From positions 20,122 to 84,121 of the IMG/VR virus record IMGVR_UViG_3300008267_000019: a stretch of 64,000 bases of DNA; one strand, written 5' to 3'. This document shows, piece by piece, positions 10,601-20,600 of this stretch. This DNA is from a virus. A model generated the notes under the pieces. It saw only the letters and a program-made list of their open reading frames with translations. It did no database searches and had not been told where the DNA came from. How positions within the stretch are numbered: the first letter of the stretch is position 1; each line of letters starts with the position of its first letter. A program made the translations under genes and the position numbers.

Positions 10601-11206
10601 GCATTAGGAACACATTATATGTTTTCTCAAGATAATTATGCTATTCCCACAATACAACAAGGAGAAAATGGACAATTATATTATAATCAAAATGCAAATG
10701 CAGCTGATAAAGAGGCAATAAAATTTGATAGCCCAGAAGATGCTGAATATTTTGCAGAACATTATAAAGAAGTTTCTCCAGGGTTTATTAATAATAATTA
10801 TAGAACAGGAGGACAATTTCCTAGACCATATAGTTTACCAGAAGATAGTTTTAAACAAGGAGGAAGAAATTTACATAACAGTGTTTATGCTTCTTCTAAT
10901 GCTCAATATCCTGCTATATATAAATTAGGAGGAAATATTAATGTATATAAACAAGGAGGCAGTGTATTATCAATGTCTAATACACCTCAATTACAAGGTG
11001 AAGGAAAAGATTTAACTGTACCAGAAAATGCTTATATTTACGCTGGCGGAGGATTAATTAAACGTGCTGATGGAAGTTACTCACAACGTGGTTTATGGGA
11101 TAACATTCGTGCAGCAGCACAACGTAATAAAGCAATGGGTAAAACAGGTAAACAACCTACAAAACAAATGTTACAACAAGAAAAAAAGATTAATAAAAAT
11201 AAATAA
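7685..11206 (+). CDS. Virion cargo polyvalent protein with a VIP2/Alt-like ADP-ribosyltransferase domain and [FYM]xxGG repeats
   Basis: 1173 aa with no Cys seen; YT..Y...IN, VIR(680)S, DKGFLS(729)TS and FE(771)GE(773)IVLP.G give an R-S-E ART signature; nine xxxGG motifs. Confidence 0.7.
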   Translation: MKNKPKNIPTYYKFPGTPVYRDTTALPFKAGGSLFPSLYGNSFLENNDKEKKKKRKTKEDLNESSTQGDIVEAIETETGLDPNLTYYKGPTNWGDRLFAKDASGAWYSIEAGQALPFSYDPDYLNQNTTKASDEEALGRLLQSKTLNEVAVTGEKLSWQKYQDEYEKSNPRGEYLEKRKKNYLKSHPGLNRAMGVTMNNFPEDALARFNDKYNKERNTYALEKFVDKDLEEDIDKRGRWIDDVEKSPGLYNMVINSKYGYNLKPNIFSRTLAGAEKLVDWIPGVDPLLDWATGKNRYNDILTEQEQKDVTGWDALAFTEYPGQVLANMIAEGIDPNSNASWETFSGSSSPIVTANPQLETMTQLATGAIGLPFNVMGMANLAKNVGKGVSNVAKANYYDLFKKGNNSFNDINFQNFKTAENTAGELAQGVNTIDNTGATASLNTGQNATGANKILTNEEIKNIIVNEQVPSPKTLLSTEGEILPESASWHTIMEDFKTKLREVDLTKPLTDEDYIKAANAINPEISKVASLDEIKAVHQEALDYFKGEKDPEDIALYIRDALAEKLPSIGEAPTMVDGYPTYSAGFSVSRSLDPNAAQYYGPKSVFDKAKDWGYDLNNLTPKQQNMLAAYTKGYDFPINIGKRFGFQDMGIRGDFYQKNANTLLDAILANKFPNDTSVIRSIKTNYPLTLLDKNKLLETKDISLSETPSTKYRGNLQKSDVIGDKGFLSTSLIPDLTWGKARLGERIMIPGGNKQSYGFPNASSASSSPFEGEIVLPSGLGREVIDVLPDNLANVVGYKYITKILNPYLMPAAIGTTATGTFFGNNNNNYGASFDTPNMQEYLNSLMWDSGKSVLLNSGYFKAYGGPLNDRNINGKLLQSTYASPLGNMFREGGPFGEDKGTFDYATSIYASQPGNYYNNGGEINPMNAMMKARLAYANEFGNPAAKRMVNLPDNPYIFTGQEPYTTPDMAGALGTHYMFSQDNYAIPTIQQGENGQLYYNQNANAADKEAIKFDSPEDAEYFAEHYKEVSPGFINNNYRTGGQFPRPYSLPEDSFKQGGRNLHNSVYASSNAQYPAIYKLGGNINVYKQGGSVLSMSNTPQLQGEGKDLTVPENAYIYAGGGLIKRADGSYSQRGLWDNIRAAAQRNKAMGKTGKQPTKQMLQQEKKINKNK

Positions 11207-11212
11207 GATACT

Positions 11213-14200
11213 ATGAACTTTAAATCCAACGCTGCATATAAAAGATGGTTAGGATATGGCCATGCTTCAGGAGAATTTGCTAAGACTCCTGGAAATCAAC
11301 CTGTAAGCATAAAAGGACAATCTCATAAAGTAAAACATGAAATGGGAGGTAATATGTATGCTGACGGAGGAAAGTTTAATAATAGTGGCTTCAAAGCTTT
11401 GCCTGTAGAGATTCAGAATAAAATTAAAAAGAACTTTATGGCTATGGGAGGAATGATGCCTACACAAATGCCTATGCAAAATCCTTATAATTCAAATTTT
11501 TTAAATAGCGGAATAACTCAAAATTTTGCATTTGGAGGAAGAATAAATAGTTATGCTGGAGGAGGTATGTTAGATAACCAACTTACGCAATTTACTAATG
11601 GGGGTAAACATGAAGAAAATCCAATAGGCGGAATTCCTCAAGGGTTTTCCCCTGATGGTAGAGTTAATTTAGTAGAGCAAGGAGAAACTAAATTAAATTC
11701 TGCAGATTATATATTTTCTGATACTTTAAAAGTTACTAAAGATATTGCGCTTGATTATGGTTTACCTAAAGATACTATAGGTAAAACATTTGCAGATGCT
11801 TCTAAAAAAATGAATAGACCAAATTCTCGTAGAGAAAATGATACTATAGAAGAAGTAGCAAAGCAAAGAGACTTAGATAATTTAATGCAAGCTCAAGAAG
11901 ATTTTAAACAAAGAGATCTTCAAAAAGACATAGACATGATGGCTGAAAAACATCCTGAGTTTATGCAACAAATGATGGGTCAAGGACAGCCAGAAGGAAT
12001 ACCTCAAGAATTATTAGCGCAAGGAGTTCCACCAGATCAAATGATGGCAGCAGAAGAAATGATGGGAGGACAAACTCCACAATCTGTGCAACCAATGGGA
12101 ATGCCGCAAGGAATGCCTATGGACCCTAATCAAATTCCGCCAGAGATGTTAGCGCAAATGCCTGAAGCACAAATGGGACAACCTGTTATGGCTTATGGAG
12201 GACATATATATAAATGCGGAGGTAAGATGTATAACTTTGGAGGACATATGTATGCTAATGGAGGTCATATGTATGGAGACGGAGGGTTTTTTCAAGGAAT
12301 GGGAAATGTATTACAATCTGTAGCGCCTATAGCAGGACAAGCTCTTAATACTGTTATTCCTGGTTCTAGTGTAGTAATTTCTGGAGCTCTTAGTGGTTTA
12401 GGAGCAGGATTACAAAATGTAGGCACAGGAGCAGATTTTAAAGAAGTTGCTAAAGATGTAGGAATAGGCGCAGCTAAAGGTGCTATTGGAGGTATTGTAC
12501 CAGGAAAAGATATAAGTAAATTAGGACAATTAGCATTAGACACTGCTCCTCAAGTAATGGATGTATTAGGAAATACTATAAATGCTAATACTAATGATGC
12601 CTCAGAAATGAGTTTAATACGACAACAAGAAGCGTTAAATGCTCCTAAAATGGTATCAGGTTATAATATGTCTCCTACTCCTATGCAAATGAAGTACGGT
12701 GGATATAAAGCACAAGCACCTTGGCATAATTTTCCACAATATACTCCTAACTATCCTGGTAACGCAGGTCCTATGTATATGGGATTAGGAACTAATTTAT
12801 TTGCTGATGGAGGAATGATGATGCCTGGCCCAGGAGATCCTCCTAAAAATGATGCAACAACTTTAGATGAAGTTGTAGTAACTGCTGGTCCACAAGGTCC
12901 TGTTATAATAGACAATCCTATATACAGTAATTTAATGGAACAATATACTGCAGGATTACCTAAAGGAGGAACTTACAATAATAAAACTTGGTCTGGAACA
13001 TCCGTAAGAGATGCAGATCTTACAAGAAAACTTACTGATGAAGAACTAGCTAATTGGACAAAATATTATCAAAATAGAACTAGACAAGAAATAAATAGTT
13101 TAAAAGCACAAGGACAAGATTATAGTGAAAAATTAGCTCAATATAATTTTATACCTAAAGCAATGTATGTTCCCGCTATTCCTACAGGAATGGGAGAAGA
13201 TTATTATTCTAATCCAGAAAATTGGTATTATAATACAAAACATTTAGGAGAAAATTATTCTAAACCTTCTAAACAAATAGAAGATATTTTTGCTGTTAAT
13301 ACTACACCTCAAATTATTCAAGAACAAGCCCCTGTATTACCTACTATTACAATGGCTGAAGCAGAAGCTATGAAAAATAAAGCAATGCAAGAATTTGGTT
13401 CTGGTGTATTACAAGGAAAAAATTGGAATTATAATGAACAACCTAAAAATTATACAGGAACTCAAGCAGGGGGAGGTATGTTTAATTACTGGGATGAAAG
13501 TGATCCTACTCAAGCAGCTAATCAAAAAGAATATGAACAATTTATTCAAGATCAATTAGTTGCAAATCCTGATAAAGTTTTATACTCTAATTTATCAGGA
13601 GTAGATATGTATTCCAATCCTAACTATGAAGCTGAATTAGCAAAAAATATTAATGAAGGTCCTCAAGGTCATTTATATGATCAATTTATTGCTAAAAAAT
13701 ATAATGAGTATATAAATAACCCAGAATGGGTAAATAGTTTATCAGAAGAAGATAAAGCAAAATATTTATTTGATAATAGTAAATATAATGTTCAAATGAA
13801 TGTCCCAGAAGTAATGGGATTTGCTAATGGAGGTTATATAAATAGAAATAATACTATGTATTCCCCTGACCTTACTTATGCTGCAAAGATGGGAGGTCGT
13901 ATATATAACTACGGAGGAGGGTTAAAAAATCCTTTAATGTCTTTACCTCAAGATAATTTTATTAGATATGATGAAGGGGGTAAAATAGTACAAGGAGCAG
14001 GCACAGATACTTATCAATATAAATATGAAAATGGCAATTACTATACTGCTAAAAAAGGAACTGCTGATTGGAAAAAAGTAGAACCTACAAATAAAACTGT
14101 TTATACTGCTGTAAAAACTTTAATAGATAATTATAAACCAGAAGTTGGAGGTCCAGGCGGAGGTAGTCAATATGATTTAATGATGTCTAATATTGCAGCA

Positions 14201-15013
14201 GAAGAATCTGGTGAATTAATTCCCCCTACTATGGCAGAAGTAGAGGCTAATCGTGCTATTGCAGACGCACAAGAAAAAATGCAAAATGCAGAAACTTCTG
14301 AAGAATACCAAGAAGGTGTTAAAGAATATGAATATGGAGTAAGAACTGCAGAAGAAGCATTAAAAGATAAAAATTTAAAATTATCTATGGCACAAAGTAT
14401 AGGCTCAGGATTAGCAATGGCTGCTCCTGCTGCATATAATTTAACTACAGGATTATTTGGAAAACCAGAACAATTAGATTATAAAAATTATGAGATTGCT
14501 GCTGATATAACTCCTTATGAATATAATATTAATCCTCAGTTAGCAATGGCAAATCAGACTTTTGCACAAGCTCAAGAAGCTGCTAGAAATGCTTCTAATG
14601 CAGGAAATTATTTATCTAATATGCAAGGATTAGCTAACTTGAGAAATCAAACTGTTGGAGAGTTATACACTAATAAAGAAAATTTAGATGCTGCTCAAAT
14701 ACAAGCCGCTAAGACTGCTAATAAACAAATTGAAACTGATAACTTAACTAGAAGATTAGAAGTAGAAGATTTTAACAGATTATCTAAAGCACAAAAAACT
14801 GAAGCTCTTAAAGCTGGATTAGTGCAAATGGCAGACATAGGTAAAAATATGGAAGAGAAAAAAATGCAGTTAGCATTAATTAAAGCAATGGCTCCTGATT
14901 TTGCTAATACTTTATCTTATAGTACTATAGGAGAACAACTTTTAGAATATTTAAAAAATCAAAAAGCTGCAGGAAATACTTCAGCAGAAAGTGAAATATT
15001 AAAAACTAAATAA
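11213..15013 (+). CDS. Virion cargo/ejection protein (crAss cargo protein 1-like)
   Basis: 1266 aa; GGKHEENP.GG...VEQGET....DYIFSD.LK...TFADASKK block, M/Q/P-rich linker, Gly/Ala-rich putative membrane helices and about 17 xxxGG motifs; position downstream of the muzzle gene. Confidence 0.65.
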   Translation: MNFKSNAAYKRWLGYGHASGEFAKTPGNQPVSIKGQSHKVKHEMGGNMYADGGKFNNSGFKALPVEIQNKIKKNFMAMGGMMPTQMPMQNPYNSNFLNSGITQNFAFGGRINSYAGGGMLDNQLTQFTNGGKHEENPIGGIPQGFSPDGRVNLVEQGETKLNSADYIFSDTLKVTKDIALDYGLPKDTIGKTFADASKKMNRPNSRRENDTIEEVAKQRDLDNLMQAQEDFKQRDLQKDIDMMAEKHPEFMQQMMGQGQPEGIPQELLAQGVPPDQMMAAEEMMGGQTPQSVQPMGMPQGMPMDPNQIPPEMLAQMPEAQMGQPVMAYGGHIYKCGGKMYNFGGHMYANGGHMYGDGGFFQGMGNVLQSVAPIAGQALNTVIPGSSVVISGALSGLGAGLQNVGTGADFKEVAKDVGIGAAKGAIGGIVPGKDISKLGQLALDTAPQVMDVLGNTINANTNDASEMSLIRQQEALNAPKMVSGYNMSPTPMQMKYGGYKAQAPWHNFPQYTPNYPGNAGPMYMGLGTNLFADGGMMMPGPGDPPKNDATTLDEVVVTAGPQGPVIIDNPIYSNLMEQYTAGLPKGGTYNNKTWSGTSVRDADLTRKLTDEELANWTKYYQNRTRQEINSLKAQGQDYSEKLAQYNFIPKAMYVPAIPTGMGEDYYSNPENWYYNTKHLGENYSKPSKQIEDIFAVNTTPQIIQEQAPVLPTITMAEAEAMKNKAMQEFGSGVLQGKNWNYNEQPKNYTGTQAGGGMFNYWDESDPTQAANQKEYEQFIQDQLVANPDKVLYSNLSGVDMYSNPNYEAELAKNINEGPQGHLYDQFIAKKYNEYINNPEWVNSLSEEDKAKYLFDNSKYNVQMNVPEVMGFANGGYINRNNTMYSPDLTYAAKMGGRIYNYGGGLKNPLMSLPQDNFIRYDEGGKIVQGAGTDTYQYKYENGNYYTAKKGTADWKKVEPTNKTVYTAVKTLIDNYKPEVGGPGGGSQYDLMMSNIAAEESGELIPPTMAEVEANRAIADAQEKMQNAETSEEYQEGVKEYEYGVRTAEEALKDKNLKLSMAQSIGSGLAMAAPAAYNLTTGLFGKPEQLDYKNYEIAADITPYEYNINPQLAMANQTFAQAQEAARNASNAGNYLSNMQGLANLRNQTVGELYTNKENLDAAQIQAAKTANKQIETDNLTRRLEVEDFNRLSKAQKTEALKAGLVQMADIGKNMEEKKMQLALIKAMAPDFANTLSYSTIGEQLLEYLKNQKAAGNTSAESEILKTK

Positions 15014-15015
15014 TA

Positions 15016-17619
15016 ATGACAATTACTCCATATACTACTCCTCTACAGTATGAGTATAAACCATTAAATCTTCTTGCATTTGCTGCACCATTAAGCAAAA
15101 TGCAAGAAGAATTTGATTTAGTTACATCCGCTGTAGACGAAGCAGATTTTGATATTAATTATTTGCCTTATGGAACAGATCCAGAAAAAGCAAAAGAATT
15201 ATTAAAAGTTGTAGAAGGTAAAAGAGATGAGTTAGCTCAAAATTTAGCAGAGACTAAAAATTATAAACAAGCTGCTAGTAAATTAAAAGAACTTAATACT
15301 CTTTGGCAAGAAGATCCTGAATTAGTTGCTATACAAAGTAACTATGCAAAATATGCTACCGATGTACAGTTAGCTAAAGATAATGTTAAGTCTGGATATT
15401 GGAATCAAACTTATGCAGATCAATGGTTAAACCGTGCAAAACGAGAATACACAGGAACTAATTTTACTGCTGATTATGATAATCCTGAAGGAGATTATCA
15501 AGTATTTGGAAGAAATCCTAGAGTAAAAGATATTCAAAAAGATTTTGATGAATTAGCTTATAAAGTAGCAGCTGCAGTTCCAGGAACTACTAGAGAAGGA
15601 GCTTTACAAGAAGCAGGAATTGATGTTAGTTTAATGAGTAAAAAATTCTTACAAGAAATTGTAGAAGAAAAAGACGCTAATATAGTAGCACAAAAAGTAA
15701 GTGCTTATTTAAAAACTCTTCCTCAATATGAAGAATATTTTAGAGAAAAAGCAGATTATGATTTTGCCGATATTAAAGCAGATCCTGATTTATATAAAGC
15801 AACTGCAGTAAGTTTAAATAATGAGTATATAAAAAATTTAGATGCTGAAATAAGTCAAATTAAAGCGGCTGCTAAAAAAGATAAAAGTTTATTAACTAAT
15901 CCTGATTATTTAGCTTTATTAGAAGAAAGAGAAGTAGCTGTAAATTCTAAAAATACTGGAGAGTATGATGAAACTGGTATTAAAAATTTATATCAAAATG
16001 CTTATTTAGCAGATGCATATGATATGACTGCATTAGGAAAAGTATTTGCATATAAAAATGTTAAAAGAAATTATAGCTGGCAAGATTTATATATTCCTCC
16101 TGTTAGTAGTAGTGGTGGTAGTGGCGGAGACGGCACTGACTGGACAGGTTTAGGCGGAGGATTTTGGAAAGAGGCGGGGGAAGAAACCTTAGATTATTCT
16201 ACTCTAAAAGATTTAAGAAATAAATCAGCTGCTAGTTTAAGTCCTATTGTACAAAATATTGGAAAACTAGCAGGAAGTGCTGTAGCAAGAATTACTATTG
16301 GAACAGCAGGAAGTGATTTATACAAAAAAACAAAATACGATCAATCTTTAATTTGGAATAATCAGCAAAAATTACTTAATGTGATTACCCAAAGTGGGGG
16401 AAATGCTAATACTATTATTGCTAAAGCAAAAGAAGTTGGATTAACAGTTTCTGCAGCAGATGCTAAAAGATTAGTAACTGCTTTTGGAAAAAGTGGTGAA
16501 GCTATAGGAGATTATCAAACTTTATTAGAACAAGGTAGGTCTTATAAAAATAGTATGACTTCCGCGGGAACTGCTGTAGATAATATGATTAAAAATAGTG
16601 CTGCAGGTACTGGTATGTTTGCTATGGGATTAGCAGGTTTAGGAAATTCTCCTATATTTCCTGAAGCAGGTCCTGATCCTATAAGTTATCAAATAGGAAA
16701 TCCAGGAGTAGGAGTTTCTTTTGGATTAGAAAGTTATGCTTTTAAAGGAGCAGCGGATAAAGAAGTTGCGAAAAAAACTTGGAATCAACTTGCTAAAGAA
16801 AAAGGTTATGATAATCTTCAACAAGCAGTTGCTGCAGGAGAATATTTTGAAGATGTTAAACCTGGAGGAATTAAAGCCGCATTTGCAGCATTAGGACCTT
16901 CAAAAGATGCTACTATAATGACTTATGAATATATAGATGGAAGTAAAAAAGTAAATAATTATGTTGCTAGTATGTTTAGTACTCCAGATGATTTATTGAA
17001 TCTTGATCCTGCATATTATGGAAACTGGAGTGATGTTCCTGGATTTAGAGAAGGTGATACAGATGTAAAAATAGATATAAGCGGAAATACTCAACCTAGA
17101 CTTGTTAAAGCAGGAGATCAAATACTTTATGAGGTTCCTATAACATATAAAGAAGGTGAAATATTAAAATCAGGAAGAGTTACAGTAGTACCTTCTGCAG
17201 CATTAGGATTACAAAATCAAAAAGTATTAAGAAATATGGATATAATGAGTAGCTCTGATGATGCTGCAGATATCCAAACAAATTCTACTATTAAATCTGC
17301 AAGGTATGATAGAATATATGAAGGAAATGCTTTAAATGATTATACTTTAAAAAATACTTCAATAACTAAAGGAGGAACTCCTGTTACTTTAGATATAATA
17401 CCTTATGATGCATCTACAAGTATTATAGTAGAAAAAACATATGATGCAAATAGTTATGGTCCTAAATTAAAAGTAAAAGCTGTAAATACTACAACAGGAG
17501 AAAGTCAATATTTAACAGATGCATCGGGTAAAATTTGGTATACAGACGCAAGTTCTGTAGGAGCGGCTGATGCAGCAAAAGCATTTGTAATGAGTGTTAT
17601 AGATCCTGTAACTCCGTAA
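15016..17619 (+). CDS. Virion cargo/ejection protein
   Basis: 867 aa, helical N-terminal half, no Cys seen; lies between cargo protein 1 and the giant RNAP-containing gene. Confidence 0.55.
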   Translation: MTITPYTTPLQYEYKPLNLLAFAAPLSKMQEEFDLVTSAVDEADFDINYLPYGTDPEKAKELLKVVEGKRDELAQNLAETKNYKQAASKLKELNTLWQEDPELVAIQSNYAKYATDVQLAKDNVKSGYWNQTYADQWLNRAKREYTGTNFTADYDNPEGDYQVFGRNPRVKDIQKDFDELAYKVAAAVPGTTREGALQEAGIDVSLMSKKFLQEIVEEKDANIVAQKVSAYLKTLPQYEEYFREKADYDFADIKADPDLYKATAVSLNNEYIKNLDAEISQIKAAAKKDKSLLTNPDYLALLEEREVAVNSKNTGEYDETGIKNLYQNAYLADAYDMTALGKVFAYKNVKRNYSWQDLYIPPVSSSGGSGGDGTDWTGLGGGFWKEAGEETLDYSTLKDLRNKSAASLSPIVQNIGKLAGSAVARITIGTAGSDLYKKTKYDQSLIWNNQQKLLNVITQSGGNANTIIAKAKEVGLTVSAADAKRLVTAFGKSGEAIGDYQTLLEQGRSYKNSMTSAGTAVDNMIKNSAAGTGMFAMGLAGLGNSPIFPEAGPDPISYQIGNPGVGVSFGLESYAFKGAADKEVAKKTWNQLAKEKGYDNLQQAVAAGEYFEDVKPGGIKAAFAALGPSKDATIMTYEYIDGSKKVNNYVASMFSTPDDLLNLDPAYYGNWSDVPGFREGDTDVKIDISGNTQPRLVKAGDQILYEVPITYKEGEILKSGRVTVVPSAALGLQNQKVLRNMDIMSSSDDAADIQTNSTIKSARYDRIYEGNALNDYTLKNTSITKGGTPVTLDIIPYDASTSIIVEKTYDANSYGPKLKVKAVNTTTGESQYLTDASGKIWYTDASSVGAADAAKAFVMSVIDPVTP

Positions 17620-17626
17620 AATTGTT

Positions 17627-17634
17627 TATTTTTG
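17627..17634 (+). promoter_or_regulatory. Bacteroidota -7 promoter element (TAnnTTTG)
   Basis: TATTTTTG in the 32-nt gap before the 3018-aa gene. Confidence 0.4.
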
Positions 17635-17651
17635 TTTAAGATATTTATACT

Positions 17652-20600
17652 ATGAAGGCTCCTAAAAAAGAACTTAAACCAAATCCTTTACATCAACAAT
17701 TAAAAGATTTTGCTACAAAAAATGCAGATAATATAGGATATAACAAAGAATATGTAGAAGAATTAAGTACTATAACTCCTGAAAATACTTCATATAAAGG
17801 AGTAGAAGCTTTACATGCTCCTAAAGAAGCCGATATTTATGATCCATATGAAGCATATATAAATAGAACAGAACTTCATAGTGGAAGATTTGATATAAAT
17901 GAATTAAATAGGCTTAGAGCAGAAAATCAATCTAATTGGGCCCAGGCAGGTAATGCTATAGGACAACTTGCTGTTAACATAGTTCCTCAAATTGCTTCTA
18001 CTGTTAGTAACATGATAAATGTTCCAGGATGGTTTTCTGCAGAAGCAGCTGCTGCTAATCCTATACAAGAATGGGCTAGTGGAATAAAAGAATGGTCTCA
18101 AGAAGCTATGCCTATTTATGAGGAAACTCCAGGGCAAATGAATATGGCAGATCCTGCATGGTGGTTTAGCAGAGGAGAAGGTTTAATAGAATCTATGACA
18201 TCTTTTGCTATACCAGGAGGTATAGCAGGTAAAGCTGTATCTGCAGGTTTTAAAGGATTAGGAGCAGTAACGAGAGGTAAACAATTAGTAAGAGCTGTAT
18301 TAGGAGCAGAAAAGTCTGCAGGGTTATTAAAAGGAATGAGCACATTAGGCACAGCTGCTTTATTAAATCAAGCAGAAGGTGCTACAATTGCTGCAGATGT
18401 TTATAAAAATACTTTAGATTATCAATTAAAGAAAAATGGAGGTAATGTAGACTTAGCTAAAAAGATGGCATCAGAAGCTGCAGCTACTGCTATGAGTATT
18501 AATAGAATTAATATTTTACTAAACCTTACTTCTGCTAGTGCTTTTTTAACTCCTTTTAAACAAACAAGAAATCTTTTAAAAACTCAAGGAATAGGTTCTA
18601 CTTTAAGTAAAATAGGTCTAGAAGCAGGTCAAGAAGCTACAGAAGAATTAATAAACCTTGTAGGACAAAAAGCAGGAGAAGCAAAAGGACGAGAGGAAGA
18701 AGATTACGTAGCTAAAGGTCTTGAAGCTATTGGTACAATGGAAGGTTTTGAATCTGTTTTTTTAGGAGCTTTAGGCGGTGCGGGTCAAACAGGATTAGTA
18801 GATGCTAGTCAATATTCTAAATATGGAGCAGGATCAACTAAAGATGCAGAAGGTAATAGAATTAGTTATGCCCAATATCAAAGTGATCTTTATAATCAAC
18901 AACAACAAACAATTAAAGAATTAGAAGACCAAGGTGTTCAAGTAAGTGATTCTTTAATGAATGTTAAAGATGCTGTTGTATTTAATGAAAAAAGAAATAA
19001 AGCAGCTGCTGAAGGAAATCAAGAGGAGTATGATAGACTTAATAATCAAATGTTTGAAAATCAAGCATTAAAAGCATTTCAATCTGGAACTACTAAAGTA
19101 TTAGAAAATTTATACAAAGCTGAAGCAGAAAGAGATGTTGAAGAAGTTGGACAAGAATATATTGACAAAGCAAATCAAGCTGTAAAAGATTTACAAACTC
19201 TTGAAAGTGTTTATAATAATTTTGAAGAATATACTAATGTAAATGATATATTCTTTAATCGTGCTAATAAAATTAGAACAGATAGAAATTTAGGATACAT
19301 TCAAGATGCTGCTAAAACTAATAATTTAGAATTAGCGCAATTAGTAAGAAACATAGCAGGTAAATATGAATATGACGTTGAAAGAGAAGTTCTTTATAAA
19401 AAAGAAGGAGAAGTTGAACGTACAGAAACAGTAACAGAAAAAGCACCATTGACATACTCAATGAGTGACTTAGAAAATAACACAGGACAAACAGAAGGAC
19501 AGAAAAAGGTTTATAATAAATTTTTAAAAGAAGTAAAAAAACTTGATGCTTATAAAAGAGAAGTGGGTTACCAACAAGCTATAAGTAATGGAGAAAAAAT
19601 TTTAGAAGATAATAATAAAGAATTTGCAGAGTTAACAAGTCCTGAAGCACAAGAAGCTGCTTTATTAAAACAAGAAAAAGTAGCAGCTATTAAAAGTGCT
19701 TATAAAGAAGTAGCAAGTACTAGTTCTAGAGCAAGAATACAAGCTCTAATGGACACTATTGAAGATCCTGATTTTAAAAGAGTAGCACAATTAAGATTAG
19801 ATGCTTTAGATAAAGCTAAAGCAAGTAACTTACAACAAAAGAAAAAAGACTTTGCTACTAAAACAATGGAGTCTAAAATTTCTAAAGCTAGTTTAGAAGA
19901 GTTAGCAACTATTCAAGAAGAAATTAATAAGGCAGATCCTAATGATATTTCTAAAACAGCTAAAGCAGCTTTATTAAATAAAGTAGAATTTAGAGCTAGA
20001 CAGTTAAATAATCAAGTATTAGATCCACAAGAAACCGCAGAAATTCAAGATCCTTTTGCTGACTTTGATTCTCGGTCCCCAGAAGAATTAGAAAATGAAA
20101 TAGAGTTAGAACAAAAATCCTTTGATACTACTATTCCTTCAGATTTTCCTAATAATGAAAAAGAAGGTAAAGATGTAGAAACAGAAGTAGAAAATGCTGC
20201 TGTAGATTTATTAGGTTCTGATAAGAGTTTAATAATAGGTACAGATGAAAACGGCAACTTAGTTTATAACTATGAAAAAAGTGCTGAAGGTTACAATCGC
20301 GCAGCTTTCTTATCAAGGGAGTTTAATCAAACAGAAAATGTAGGAATAGTAGATCGAGAAGAAATAACTAATGATGTTATTAATTCTAAATTACTAGATC
20401 CTGATTTTTTGTTAGCAGGTACTGCATTAACAATGGAAGTTGACAATGATTACACAGGAGAAAAATACGACCCAACTTCTACAACAAGAGAAACTATTGC
20501 TTGGCCTCTTAGATTAAAACAAATTATAGATAAATATGAAGTATTAGGACAAGACTATAGACAATCATATGAATATATAACAGAAGCTCCTATTAAAGTA

